Source: Cyanidioschyzon merolae (taxonomy: Eukaryota). Taken from it: a stretch of 64,000 nucleotides of DNA. Within the stretch, counting starts at the first letter, position 1; every line of letters begins with the position of its first letter. Below, one piece after another: positions 1-10,399 of the stretch. Under the pieces are notes generated by a model. The model saw only the letters and a list, made by a program, of their open reading frames with translations, was not told the DNA's origin and searched no databases. The stretch lies in the NCBI GenBank assembly GCA_000091205.1, contig AP006499.2. One strand, written 5' to 3'. The translations under genes and the position numbers were made by a program.

Positions 1-652
1 ACTGCGAGCGTCTACAAAACACTACCACTGCGAACGCTCAGTGAGCGCACCGGCTTGTCGCGTTCGGAGATCGCGCAAGTCATTCAGGATCTGCGTTCAG
101 GGCGGTGCTGGAGCCAGAGCGCAGGTGCTTTATGGACTCGCTGGTTCACAACGCTCGTTACACTGGACGCGAATGGCGAGCGGGTTTCGTTCAGGCGGCA
201 CGCTGATACAAGGACCGAGTCTGCTGGAGCTGTAGCGGTACCAGGGTCTTGCGGCATCTACCTGTCCCGTGCGATGTTGGTGGATGCTGGAGTGCATGCA
301 GCGTGTGCAGCAGATTTCTCCCGCAAATGCGCTTGGTTTCCCTGAGTATCATCGTCGTCGTCATCCTCATGATGACAATCGGAGGCTGGAATGCCTCGGT
401 CTATACCAAAACCTAATTCTATGACGTTCACCGTTTTCGAACGCCGTCGTCCACTGTTACGACACGACGAGAGTAGCTGCTCAGAAGCTCTCTGAAAAGC
501 GGATCGATGCACAGGAAGTTGCAACGCACACGAATCCTGCACTGTGCGTTGCAGCGCATCGCGGAGACCCTTCATGACCTAAAAAGGATGATGAGCCCCG
601 CGTCCAAGCGAATGTTCAGCTCGTGTACCGGTATTGCGCTATCTAGGGTCCG

Positions 653-1687
653 CTATCCGAACAATCGCCGTCGCTTGCGCGCACTGCGGGTATACGGCGC
701 AAGCCTCCACTCATCATCAGCATCTTGTTGCTCGAGCGTTCCGAGACGTATGCGGAACAGTCCTAAATCGAAACGGGGACCCAGTTCGATGAGTGCTTGG
801 TGCTGCTGGTGACCCTGGATTCGACCCGCACTCGATGAAGCGGTCGCAGTTCCCGCTTCTTCGTCGTCTGATGAATCATCCGCAGCGGCGGTGCGCCTCC
901 TCTCAACAATGTAATGTCGGAAAGATAGAATACCATCATATCCCTTATCAATGAATGCTACAATACGCTTCGAGTCTGGCTTGGGAACGGGAAACAGAAA
1001 TCGAAGCATGTTCTTCACCCGCATGCCCAGTCTACTCTGAAAGCTGCCCTCGAAGATCACATGGGGATACGCTTCGCTGAGTGGCGGCAGCGCAGCGTCC
1101 GGGCTGTTTTGGTGTTCGTGTCGAAGCATCTCCGCTACATCGTGTCGCATGACGACATTGGAGAGTGCGAAGTACGCCGTCGGACCCAGCGGCAAATGAC
1201 ATACGATGAGCGCATCGGGTTCGCCGCGCGTCTCGTGCAGCAACACCAAGTCCGTGAGCTGTTGCGCTCTGCCGAGCTCGATCAGGTCCTTTAGGATGAG
1301 ATTGCCGCGGTTCAGCCGCTGAGCGTTCGGAAAGAGGAACCGGACCTCTTTCGCAAACTGGCATAAGCGACTCGAGGGGTTCCTCGAGGTCGTGATCACG
1401 ATCTTCGGATCCGCAACGCCCGCTGTGGCGTACTCGTCATCCAGCATCAACCGTGTTGTTGCTAGCATTCGTATCGGATGACGAAGTGCCTCCTCGGTTA
1501 TCTGGACTTTCTCGTCTGCGTCGCTCGTGTCTCGCCGAGCGGACGGCGTCGAGCTCGCACCACCAGGGCGAGCAAGTCCTGGGGGTCCGCGCTGGCGGCT
1601 CGTCTCCGCCCCTGCTGCCGCTATTTCGAGCGCTCTTCTGTAAAGGTACTCTCGACGCAAACGAGCTTGCCTCTTTAGTGATATCAT
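653..1687 (-). CDS. IMP4: U3 snoRNP protein IMP4 (Brix domain)
   Basis: ORF 653..1756(-). Residues from internal ATG MISLKRQARLRREYLYRRALE... match IMP4 end to end (RLRREYLYR N-term; KIVITTSRNPSSRL...FPNAQRLNRG; HLPLGPTAYFALSNVVMRHD; FLFPVPK; C-terminal ELGPRFDLGLFRIRLGTLEQ...WRLAPYTRSARKRR). Start set at internal ATG 1685-1687. Track start 1756 is an upstream alternative start. Confidence 0.85.
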   Translation of the reverse strand: MISLKRQARLRREYLYRRALEIAAAGAETSRQRGPPGLARPGGASSTPSARRDTSDADEKVQITEEALRHPIRMLATTRLMLDDEYATAGVADPKIVITTSRNPSSRLCQFAKEVRFLFPNAQRLNRGNLILKDLIELGRAQQLTDLVLLHETRGEPDALIVCHLPLGPTAYFALSNVVMRHDVAEMLRHEHQNSPDAALPPLSEAYPHVIFEGSFQSRLGMRVKNMLRFLFPVPKPDSKRIVAFIDKGYDGILSFRHYIVERRRTAAADDSSDDEEAGTATASSSAGRIQGHQQHQALIELGPRFDLGLFRIRLGTLEQQDADDEWRLAPYTRSARKRRRLFG

Positions 1688-1991
1688 TGAAGTGTTCGGT
1701 TCGTAGTTGACTGAGGTAAGATGCAGCACGCAGTGTGTTAGCGCGATGCGCTGCACAAACGCCCGTGACGCGCCCTAATACCACGCCGCTGGACTCAGAA
1801 GCGGCTGCAACGGTTCTTTTCCGTGCAGATCTCGAGTGTCTCTTTGCGGGTGGATTGTTTTTCGCTGCCTGTACAAGCGCTGGTGACAAGCGTTCCTTCA
1901 AGCGTCCTTATCGAGTTAAAGAAGCGGTTCGCAGGAGAGAAGTTGTGCAGCGACAGCGCAACGCAGTTGGAGCGCTTTACATGAGACATGA

Positions 1992-4103
1992 TTGTATCTA
2001 AATGGAACAACAGAAACAAAAAATCCCTTGCCCCCAAGGCGTTGCCGTTCCTCCGCACTCTGTTCCTGCACGAGCGTAAGGTACCGCGTCCCAGCAGCAC
2101 GAAAACAACTGCAGCAGCTACTGGTGCCGCCACAACTTGTTGTTGCGTCCATGGCAAACAGCCTCGGCCTACCAGCAGTACCGCTGGAGCCGCGTCTGGT
2201 GCCGGATGCTGCGACTTGGCTCTCGGAGCGCTTCTCCAATGACGATGAAGAGGAGGTGACGCGGCTCGAGGAAGCGGTGTGTCTGCAGCTGGCGGCGCTG
2301 CGAGCGTTGCGGGCACCCCTGCCCCAGGGCATTGCTGTGTACCGGTGTCGAGCGCCCGGTTCACCGTCACGAAGTGCTGACGCTTCCTCAAGTCGTGGAA
2401 CTCGCAGCGTGCGTAGAACTGTGCAGCTTCGCCAGCGGACGCGAAGCGCTTACCGGCAGGCCAGCGGCACTACAGCAGCGAACACTGGCTTGCGCACCAA
2501 CCTCGACACGAGTATTGGTGCCGTTGATGAACACATCAACGACGAGTTGATCGATAGTCAAGAACTCGAAGAAGCAAGCACCGGTGAAACAGAGCCGCGG
2601 CCGGCGCACCGAGCGACGACAGTTGCGCATCGAGTGTTTATTCCACCGCGTTACGTCCTCCCGCATCATGCGCTGATATACGAACACACGGACTGGTATC
2701 GAGAACGAGTGCGTCTGGCCATGGAAACAAACAGTGGCCAGTACGCCTCCGCTGAGGCAAGCTCGGGTCGCGCGCCTGCTCCGCGGGCGCTCACGGTGTT
2801 CCCGGCACCTGCTGGTCGCGACCGCGAAACAGACTCATCGCCCAGGAGACCACGCGAGCGTCGGTTTCGTACACGCTTTTCCGGCCAACGTGAGGGTATC
2901 CTCGAAGATGCACTTGCAACCATACTTTTCCGCGATGAACGCACGGGCGCGGGAACCCCTCCCGCTGCAGAGATGCCTCTGGATCGGCAGCTAGATCGAG
3001 GACCTGGCCTGCCTGACAGTGCCGAGAGACTGCCGGCTCCTTTGCTTGGCTATCGCGAAGAGGTTCGTTCTCATCAGCGACGCGCATATGCGCAGCGTGA
3101 AGCGTTCGGCAGCCCGCCAACGTCCATGGTCCTCAGTGACTGGCTAGAGAGCCGTCGTCGCGACGTCGCGGACCCAGGCAGTGTATCACCAGCCGACGCA
3201 ATGTCGCTGTGGAGCGCACCCCGCGCACCTCAGAGGCACATACCAGGCCGTGGCGACGCAGCGCTCGGCGTCTATCGAGAGCCACGCACGGGGCAGCGGA
3301 GCCTCCAGAGACGCTCGACAGAGGTGTTGTCCACGTCTGTGGATACGGGTCGCATTCGAGGCCCGATAACAGCGAACGAGTCGGCGCCAGAGCTTTTACA
3401 TTCACCGCCTTTCCGAGCTGGATCGATCGGTGACGATTCCTTTGATGCCGGGAGCCTGCGGCTGACTGCCCGAGGACCGAGTCGAGCGCGCCTCTCGGGG
3501 CATGTGGCATCACGCACTCGTGGACTCCCCGTAGATCACATTTCGCCAGCAGATGCGTCTCTGCCCTTAGACGAATCGTTACAGACAGATGAAACGAGCG
3601 GGCGCGTTCATGGACGCGCTGCGCTTCATCGCATGAGGCGTAGCGGTCGAGAGCTCGACGTATCCTCAGTCGCGGATACGTTCCATAGCACATCGGCAGG
3701 CAGCGCGAGCCACCACGCTTGGACGAGGGCGCCCATGGACACTGCACGTTCGACAAGCACAGCTTTTGCATCGCCGTTAACCCTGGAGCACAGAGATTCC
3801 GCAGGTAGCTCGCCGGGTGACTTTGTTGTGAACGATTGGATGTCTGCAGGGGATCGTTCCTCGCGCACCGACCAGAGCCGAGGCGGTTTCCGGACGGGAA
3901 CCGGGTCAGCCGGGGATACCACCACGATAGAAGCGCTTGGTGGTCGACGGCATCGCGGACCCAGGGATCTGGTTGTGCGCATAGAAGAAACGCTGCGCAC
4001 GCGAGCCTGGGAACGATCCACCTCTGCGGATGCATCAGCGCGAGCTTCGGGTACTGCCCGCGCTCAGGTTCGCAATGAACGGCGGCATCTGGATTCATCG
4101 TAA
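1992..4103 (+). CDS. hypothetical Ser/Arg/Ala-rich low-complexity protein (coding status uncertain)
   Basis: 703-aa ORF with no recognisable domain. A 400-aa ORF (3133..4335) overlaps antisense. Length alone favours the + ORF. GC-rich DNA makes long spurious ORFs common. Confidence 0.25.
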   Translation: MYLNGTTETKNPLPPRRCRSSALCSCTSVRYRVPAARKQLQQLLVPPQLVVASMANSLGLPAVPLEPRLVPDAATWLSERFSNDDEEEVTRLEEAVCLQLAALRALRAPLPQGIAVYRCRAPGSPSRSADASSSRGTRSVRRTVQLRQRTRSAYRQASGTTAANTGLRTNLDTSIGAVDEHINDELIDSQELEEASTGETEPRPAHRATTVAHRVFIPPRYVLPHHALIYEHTDWYRERVRLAMETNSGQYASAEASSGRAPAPRALTVFPAPAGRDRETDSSPRRPRERRFRTRFSGQREGILEDALATILFRDERTGAGTPPAAEMPLDRQLDRGPGLPDSAERLPAPLLGYREEVRSHQRRAYAQREAFGSPPTSMVLSDWLESRRRDVADPGSVSPADAMSLWSAPRAPQRHIPGRGDAALGVYREPRTGQRSLQRRSTEVLSTSVDTGRIRGPITANESAPELLHSPPFRAGSIGDDSFDAGSLRLTARGPSRARLSGHVASRTRGLPVDHISPADASLPLDESLQTDETSGRVHGRAALHRMRRSGRELDVSSVADTFHSTSAGSASHHAWTRAPMDTARSTSTAFASPLTLEHRDSAGSSPGDFVVNDWMSAGDRSSRTDQSRGGFRTGTGSAGDTTTIEALGGRRHRGPRDLVVRIEETLRTRAWERSTSADASARASGTARAQVRNERRHLDSS

Positions 4104-4408
4104 AATGAATGATGCATCGTGGTAGTCGACGAGCTGACGCGTGAGAAAGACACTGGGAAGCTGTTTTGTAGGCGCAGGGCGACCCCGGTGGCGGCGCTCC
4201 GAGCGTCCGCGGCAGGCACGATGAATACGATGCACCGGTGCCCTTCAATCGATGTTGCCTGTAGATTTTAAAGAATGGCAATTTTAGGATTGGTAATGCG
4301 TAGCAGCATCTCGAAGGGAATGGTGGTGCTTTCATGGTTCACCGACGGCAACCGGGAATCCCTTGGATTCTCGTTACACCGGTGTCAGAATAAAATGCAA
4401 CGGATCGT

Positions 4409-5038
4409 TCAAATTGGGCGTACACTGTACGCCCTGGGTATCGTTCTAGTGTCATCGACACAGGCCTGTGGAGACTTTTTCATTTCTGAGACCGCTTCCT
4501 TCATCGCCCTCTTGTCTACGGCTCGAAATGAGGCGGGCTCTCCGGTCCTTCCTGCTCGGTTGTCGGCAATGGAAAGATGTTGAAGGCAGCGTTTCAAGTC
4601 CAGATTTCGCAGATTCGGACTGCTGCCAACGCAGTTCATGCAGAGGCGGAAGTTGCGCTCTACGCTTCGCTTGCCATTTTCACCTGATTGGTAGGGAGCC
4701 ATGGTATGCGCTTCGCAACGGTGACAGTAAAATGTACTCTTGTGTTCTGGTATGCCCATTATACGTTCTGCGTCGAGGAGCCTCCTGTGGTGCGTGAAGA
4801 CTTGCTCCATAGCTCGGTACATGACAGGTACCGAGGACTCGCATCGATGCCAGCTTCCGTTTCCGTACCGAGTCCTAGACGCTTTGATGACGGTAATCGT
4901 CTGGATGATCTCTTCGACAAGCTCTCCGTCTGCTGCACACGCAAGCGGATGCTGTACAATTGGATAGAGGATTTGTTCAACGCGACATTGCCCATTAGAG
5001 AACAAGTACCCGGAAGAAAATCCAGGCTGGAGAAACAT
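4409..5038 (-). pseudogene. possible TnpB-like relic (family C) lacking RuvC-III signature
   Basis: ORF contains LVEEI (RuvC-II-like), W(x11)YRA, and HKSTFYCHRCEAH(x23)CMNC zinc ribbon in TnpB order and spacing. Where D-NAA-NI is expected it reads RNLDLKRCLQHL. Lies in an AT-richer island immediately downstream of family A copy A1. Confidence 0.3.
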
Positions 5039-5344
5039 TCGAGAAAATTTGAACCGTGTACACTCACCTCATGCAAAGCGGTGATGCGCTCTGCACAGGA
5101 AGCGATCGCTGTGATGCCTGCATTCCTAGTCCAAGGCCCTTTTCCATGGAAAAGGAGGCAATGGGTGCTTCTGAAAGCATTTCCCGTTGGATATTTCATG
5201 CTGCTGTTGCGCTCAGCTTCGTCGATAGCGATAAATAGAAAAAGGAGGGATTGGTCTTTCGGATAGAATCGACGTTGATTGGACGTGACAAGTTTCGTCA
5301 ACTTCCGGCATGAGCTTGTGAGCAAGCCGATAAAGAACGACGTG

Positions 5345-6815
5345 GCATAATAATCTATGTAAATGCATTGTTCATGAAACAAAGAAAATGTCTCACGACC
5401 ATGAAGGTATATATACATACTGACGAGCAGACGCCTCCGAATCTTCTTTGATCGGCGGCTTGCCTTAGGTATCAGTTTCTCCCCATACACTTCGAGACTG
5501 AGAAGCTGCCCTACAAAGTTTGCTCGCGTCAGCTCATCGGGTCTTGTCTCCAGAACCGCACATCGTATGATATTGATGGCGGCGTTGAAGTCTTTGTTCG
5601 CGAACTCCATGCGTTTGTTGCCGCTGTTTGAACTCATCAATGCAAGGGTTGCTAGAACCCGCGTCCTGTGTGCCACCTGCTGCTCTTTCAGCAATCCGTG
5701 CTTTTCCATCGCCGAAGCCCTCCGCTGTGTTCTCCCTATCTCGACCATCTGGTGTGTATAACCCAGCTCATGCCTTAGATTTTTCATTTCTCAAAATGAA
5801 TGGGCTTCTTTATGCCCGTAGCTAAGGACCTTCCCCGAGGAAGAAGGACATGTTCAAGAAAAACGACATATGCCTCGGCGTGCCATCGTGTGCTGAAAGC
5901 TTCGGCAATTCGCCCCGTGGAGCGATCATTGCGTTTCAGGACAGAATACACTCCTTCAATGGGGCTGAATCACGGAGCGTATGGAGGAATGGAAGGCAGC
6001 TCTACTCCCAGATAGTATCGGCAAAATCTGGAACTCAAGGGGAATGGTAAAATACTACGTTGTTCAATAGAAGGACGTTGCCGGACTTGAGGAAAAAATG
6101 TTCAACAATTCGACAAAGTGTTCGCTGCTATTGAATGAGCCTTCTCAACGAGCGAATATGAGGACGCCAAATGAATCCACTCCAGCTAGAACAGATGATG
6201 ATGTCCTCGTTCTCCTCGAGCTCGATCTTGTATACAATGAGCTCTATCTCCGAGAAAATAAACATATACGATTGGACCGTTTCGTCTGAAGCAGTTCTCA
6301 TCGGCTGAAAAACAAACCGACGTGCCTGTGCTTCACACGAATCGAGAGGTCCCATGCATGTTGTCGCTGCGATCTCGGTGGAAGATAGCCGTTTTCGTGA
6401 ACCAGGACTGGTTTTGTATGAATGTATCCCGAGTTTCCAGGATCACACGAGCAAGCTGGTGAGAAACAGAGACACCCGCAATAACTACTATTATCGCGTC
6501 GCTTTCCTTAAAGCAATCAAGTGGTCGTTTTTCTAACATGGCCGACAACAAAGTTTTTACCAGTACCTGTTTTTGGAGCAGAGCGCGCATACCTGTTTCT
6601 TTCAGTGTTCTCGACCATCCTAGTATAGTAGTATGACTGACCTGAAGAAGGAATGCAGCCCTCGTTACCATGATCAGTAAATAATATGTATCGTGCATGC
6701 ATTTCGTCTACGATCGAATCGATACAAAGCATAGAAATGTCGATCTCGTACGATACACTGCGAAGAGGCATTTGATGACACGCAGCAGGCGCGAAACAAA
6801 ACTGACGTGAAAGAC
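5345..6815 (-). mobile_element. TnpB/Fanzor-like RuvC nuclease relic, family A copy A1 (frameshifted pseudogene plus about 240-bp 3' tail)
   Basis: Minus-strand translation gives KRMEFANKDFNAAINIIRCAVL (RuvC-III D codon at 5590-5592). Upstream are decayed Zn-finger, VPDFADTIW (6008-6034) and AGVDSFG (6166-6186) blocks in different frames. About 75-80% DNA identity to copy A2 over more than 1.2 kb, including the non-coding tail 5345-5590. Confidence 0.6.
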
Positions 6816-6853
6816 TATAACAATATGCATATAATTGCTACAATCTGCCTTTT

Positions 6854-8806
6854 TTGAGACAATCGCTCCTGAACGTCCCTGTGCGCTTACCAGCGAGCGT
6901 CAGCAGGCGCGCGCCTTGTACCCAGATCCGCCGTGGGGCGCCTGTCGGAGGTCGCCGCTACGCGACCGTATCTGCGAGCCACCACGCTGACCTGCACACT
7001 GCTGCATGCGTAGACGGTATGAACAGTGGAAACGAGTACGCCAGAGTGAGTCCTGGCGCTACGAGTGCCCCAGACGCACAAAGTGGACTTGGCGTGACGA
7101 CTGCTGGTAGCGAGGTAACCATAAAGGCGTGGAAGCAGACGGCAGGCGAGCGCTGCGCCGTGGGAAACGCGCTCGTGGCTGCCCACGAGCCGCACTGCCC
7201 GGTCTGCCCCGAGCCGACGAACAAAATTGTGCCTCGTCGGAAGATGGTACCCAGCTCGATGGCTGTGCAGCCGCAGCCTTTTCCGCACCAAGTCGGGGGT
7301 CACGGTGCGCTGGCACTCCACGGCGCTGGGCTGGTCAAAAAACCCCTGGTAGAGCGAGAGCTGGCCTTTTACGAGTACGTTTGGGGTGATCTAGTCGACA
7401 TATTTGAGAGACTGGATGACACGAGTGAAGACGGGCTGAATTTGCGCAGGAAGCTGGTGGCCCCACACAGCCCACGAAAACTCGAACGACTGCTATCGTC
7501 AGAGACGCGGGGGCGTGCGCTCGCAAACTTGCGCGACAGGCTTCAGTACCGCCGAATGAAAGCGGAGCGTCGCTGCGCTTTATGTCGACAAAACGCACCG
7601 GTTGGTTGTGGCTCGAGCGCTGGCACCAACAAGCTCTGTACGATGCAGTTCTCTGACCTGGTGGTTCAGACGCTGCGCGAGTTCACCGCCCGCTACTATG
7701 GTATCGTTTCCCTCTACCGAGTACGCGGCGAATGGAGGTACACCCGCGAGCTCCCATCATCTAGTGCTATCGAACTCGAAGCCAATGACTCGAGTGACTC
7801 GGCGATAACAGGCCTGCCTGATGCCGCGGAGCGACGTTCTCCAGCCTCCTCCGAAGACACCAGTTCGGGACTCGTAGAGCTGTGGCATGCGGAAAACGGC
7901 AAGGCCCTGGACGTGAACCCGTGGGCGCGAGTCTGCTTCGAGCGCTCGTTTGCGTCCTATGCCTCGCACCGTGGGACACGGAGTCCTCGCGTCGGCACGA
8001 CCCCCGGGGCTGACGCGAACCACATGGACCCTGACCGAGGCGTCGTAGTGGAAACCGGCGTCACGAGCTCGGACCCAGACGATGCCGTGCAACATGATTT
8101 TTTAGTGCTCGAGGATCTGACGTTTCCTTTTCGTTACCCGTCAGTTCTGGACGTTAAGGTTGGTACGCGGGACTATGACGACGAGGCAACCGAGGAGAAA
8201 CGCCGTCGGCACATCGAAAAATGCCGGATGACGACGAGCGCTCGCTATGGCGTGCGGTTAACCGGTATGCAAGTATTCCAGCCAGAGCGACGCACCTACC
8301 TTTGCCATGATAAGTACCATGGCCGTCGCTTAAAGGATGAAGAGCAGCTGCAGGAGGAGCTGCAGCAGTACCTCGACAACGGCCAACGGAGTCGCGTTGC
8401 TGCCCTGCGCGCCGTTCAGGTTGCGAACGCCTTTCGACAACGCCTGGAAATACTGCGTGATTTCGTCGCCAGACAGGAAGAATGGCGGTTCTACAGCTCG
8501 AGCCTTTTATTTATCTACGAAGGAGACAGCGTTGAGGCACAAGACGCTCCTGTGCAGCCTGCAAGCGACGCGAACGCTGCGACTGCCTCCGAAGTGGCGT
8601 CCGCGTGCGCTGCCCGGAACGGCAGCAAAAGCGGAAACGCTACCTCCGTTTGCCTGAAAATGATTGACTTTGCCCATACCCAGCGGAGCAACTGCGATGA
8701 TGGCCCAAACGATGACGGCTATTTGCTCGGTATCGAAACCATGATTCGTTTATTTTTCAACGCGGCGCAACGATTCGCCGAGCGCGGAAACCAGTGGCAT
8801 CCGTAA
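6854..8806 (+). CDS. inositol polyphosphate kinase (IPK/IP6K family)
   Basis: QVGGHG; PSVLDVKVGTR (P-x-x-x-D-x-K-x-G signature); SSLLFIYEGD; MIDFAHT. Start uncertain: 6854 is a non-ATG track start, first ATG near 7019. Confidence 0.8.
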   Translation: MRQSLLNVPVRLPASVSRRAPCTQIRRGAPVGGRRYATVSASHHADLHTAACVDGMNSGNEYARVSPGATSAPDAQSGLGVTTAGSEVTIKAWKQTAGERCAVGNALVAAHEPHCPVCPEPTNKIVPRRKMVPSSMAVQPQPFPHQVGGHGALALHGAGLVKKPLVERELAFYEYVWGDLVDIFERLDDTSEDGLNLRRKLVAPHSPRKLERLLSSETRGRALANLRDRLQYRRMKAERRCALCRQNAPVGCGSSAGTNKLCTMQFSDLVVQTLREFTARYYGIVSLYRVRGEWRYTRELPSSSAIELEANDSSDSAITGLPDAAERRSPASSEDTSSGLVELWHAENGKALDVNPWARVCFERSFASYASHRGTRSPRVGTTPGADANHMDPDRGVVVETGVTSSDPDDAVQHDFLVLEDLTFPFRYPSVLDVKVGTRDYDDEATEEKRRRHIEKCRMTTSARYGVRLTGMQVFQPERRTYLCHDKYHGRRLKDEEQLQEELQQYLDNGQRSRVAALRAVQVANAFRQRLEILRDFVARQEEWRFYSSSLLFIYEGDSVEAQDAPVQPASDANAATASEVASACAARNGSKSGNATSVCLKMIDFAHTQRSNCDDGPNDDGYLLGIETMIRLFFNAAQRFAERGNQWHP

Positions 8807-9362
8807 CCGGGCAGCAGAATCACCGACCGTGATATTGTAGAGCGCTTTACTTTTTCGACATTGATGAGCAGCAACTGCTGCTCGACGCGCAGGTCTGCTT
8901 GCGAATACGGATGCACCTGACGACAACCGACAGCGGATGCCCGCAAAACCTCGTGCAAGCACGGCGGCGCCAACCCGCCGGGAAATGAGGCTCACAGCGT
9001 CAACAGTCGTTGCGCTGCTCGGTGCCCGCATCTTCGCTCTTGTCGAACTGGTGTGCACTGCACGGGGATACGAGGACAACCCGATGACAATGAGTACGTA
9101 GATGTTGGTCGATTCTGCACAGATAAACCTACCCGATCTCCTGGACGTATCACGCGCTCGATTCCCTGTCAGTGTCGTTGTTGCGCATCGCCACCGCATC
9201 GACCGAGGCCGACTCGCAAAGACGGCAGCGGCGGCGGCGGCGGTCGGGAACCCAGCAAGTCACGCTTCAGCATCGTGGTGACTGCGGCGTGCACATCGTT
9301 GCGCCTGGCCCACCGTTGGTACTACGACCTGCGTAGAAAACTCCGCTCTCCGCACTTTTTAC

Positions 9363-9914
<552 letters not shown>

Positions 9915-10185
9915 CTAGTCTGCGTGATATAAAACACTCGCTGTGAACTGAACAGCACGACCGCAGGCCTGCTCCCTCGGACGGCACTCGTTTAAGCAAG
10001 GCGCGCTCTGGGACCCGTCACAAACGTTCTGTTTGGCTACCGGTTACAGCGCTCGTTCGGCAGTAGCTTCCACGTGTGCGATTGGTCGGTTTACGCTGTC
10101 GTACAAGAAGCGCCTCTCGCTTGTCTTTGCAGGGGCTGCAGGCACTGTCGACGCAGAGCCGACAAACTGTGCACGGATCGAGAAG

Positions 10186-10188
<3 letters not shown>

Positions 10189-10216
<28 letters not shown>

Positions 10217-10221
10217 CCCAA
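10189..10221. repeat. (CACG)n microsatellite, followed by (GAC)6 at 10280-10300
   Basis: gcacgcacgcacgcacgcacgcacgcacgcac read directly. gacgacgacgacgacgac follows. Confidence 0.9.
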
Positions 10222-10399
10222 CGTGACAGCAAGGCAGCAGCGCTGCGCGCCCGCATCGTTGCCCGTCCGCAGTGACTCGGGCGTCGACGACGACGACGAC
10301 GGCGAAGAAACGGAACTCGAGTGCTGCGGGCGCGTGACGGCGGGAGCGCTGGGCGCGCGCGCGCGCTGAGATCATCTTGCCGGACTCGTCGTTTTCGAC

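Noticed and set aside
3890-4900. Recurrent peptide F-x-DGNR in three + ORFs (3836.., 4275.., 4688..) as a possible protein repeat
   Set aside because: Underlying DNA segments share only a few bases. The ORFs are in different frames and genes. Judged coincidental.
10189-10221. Short tandem repeats as possible CRISPR arrays
   Set aside because: Eukaryotic context. Unit length 4 bp with no spacers. Simple microsatellites.
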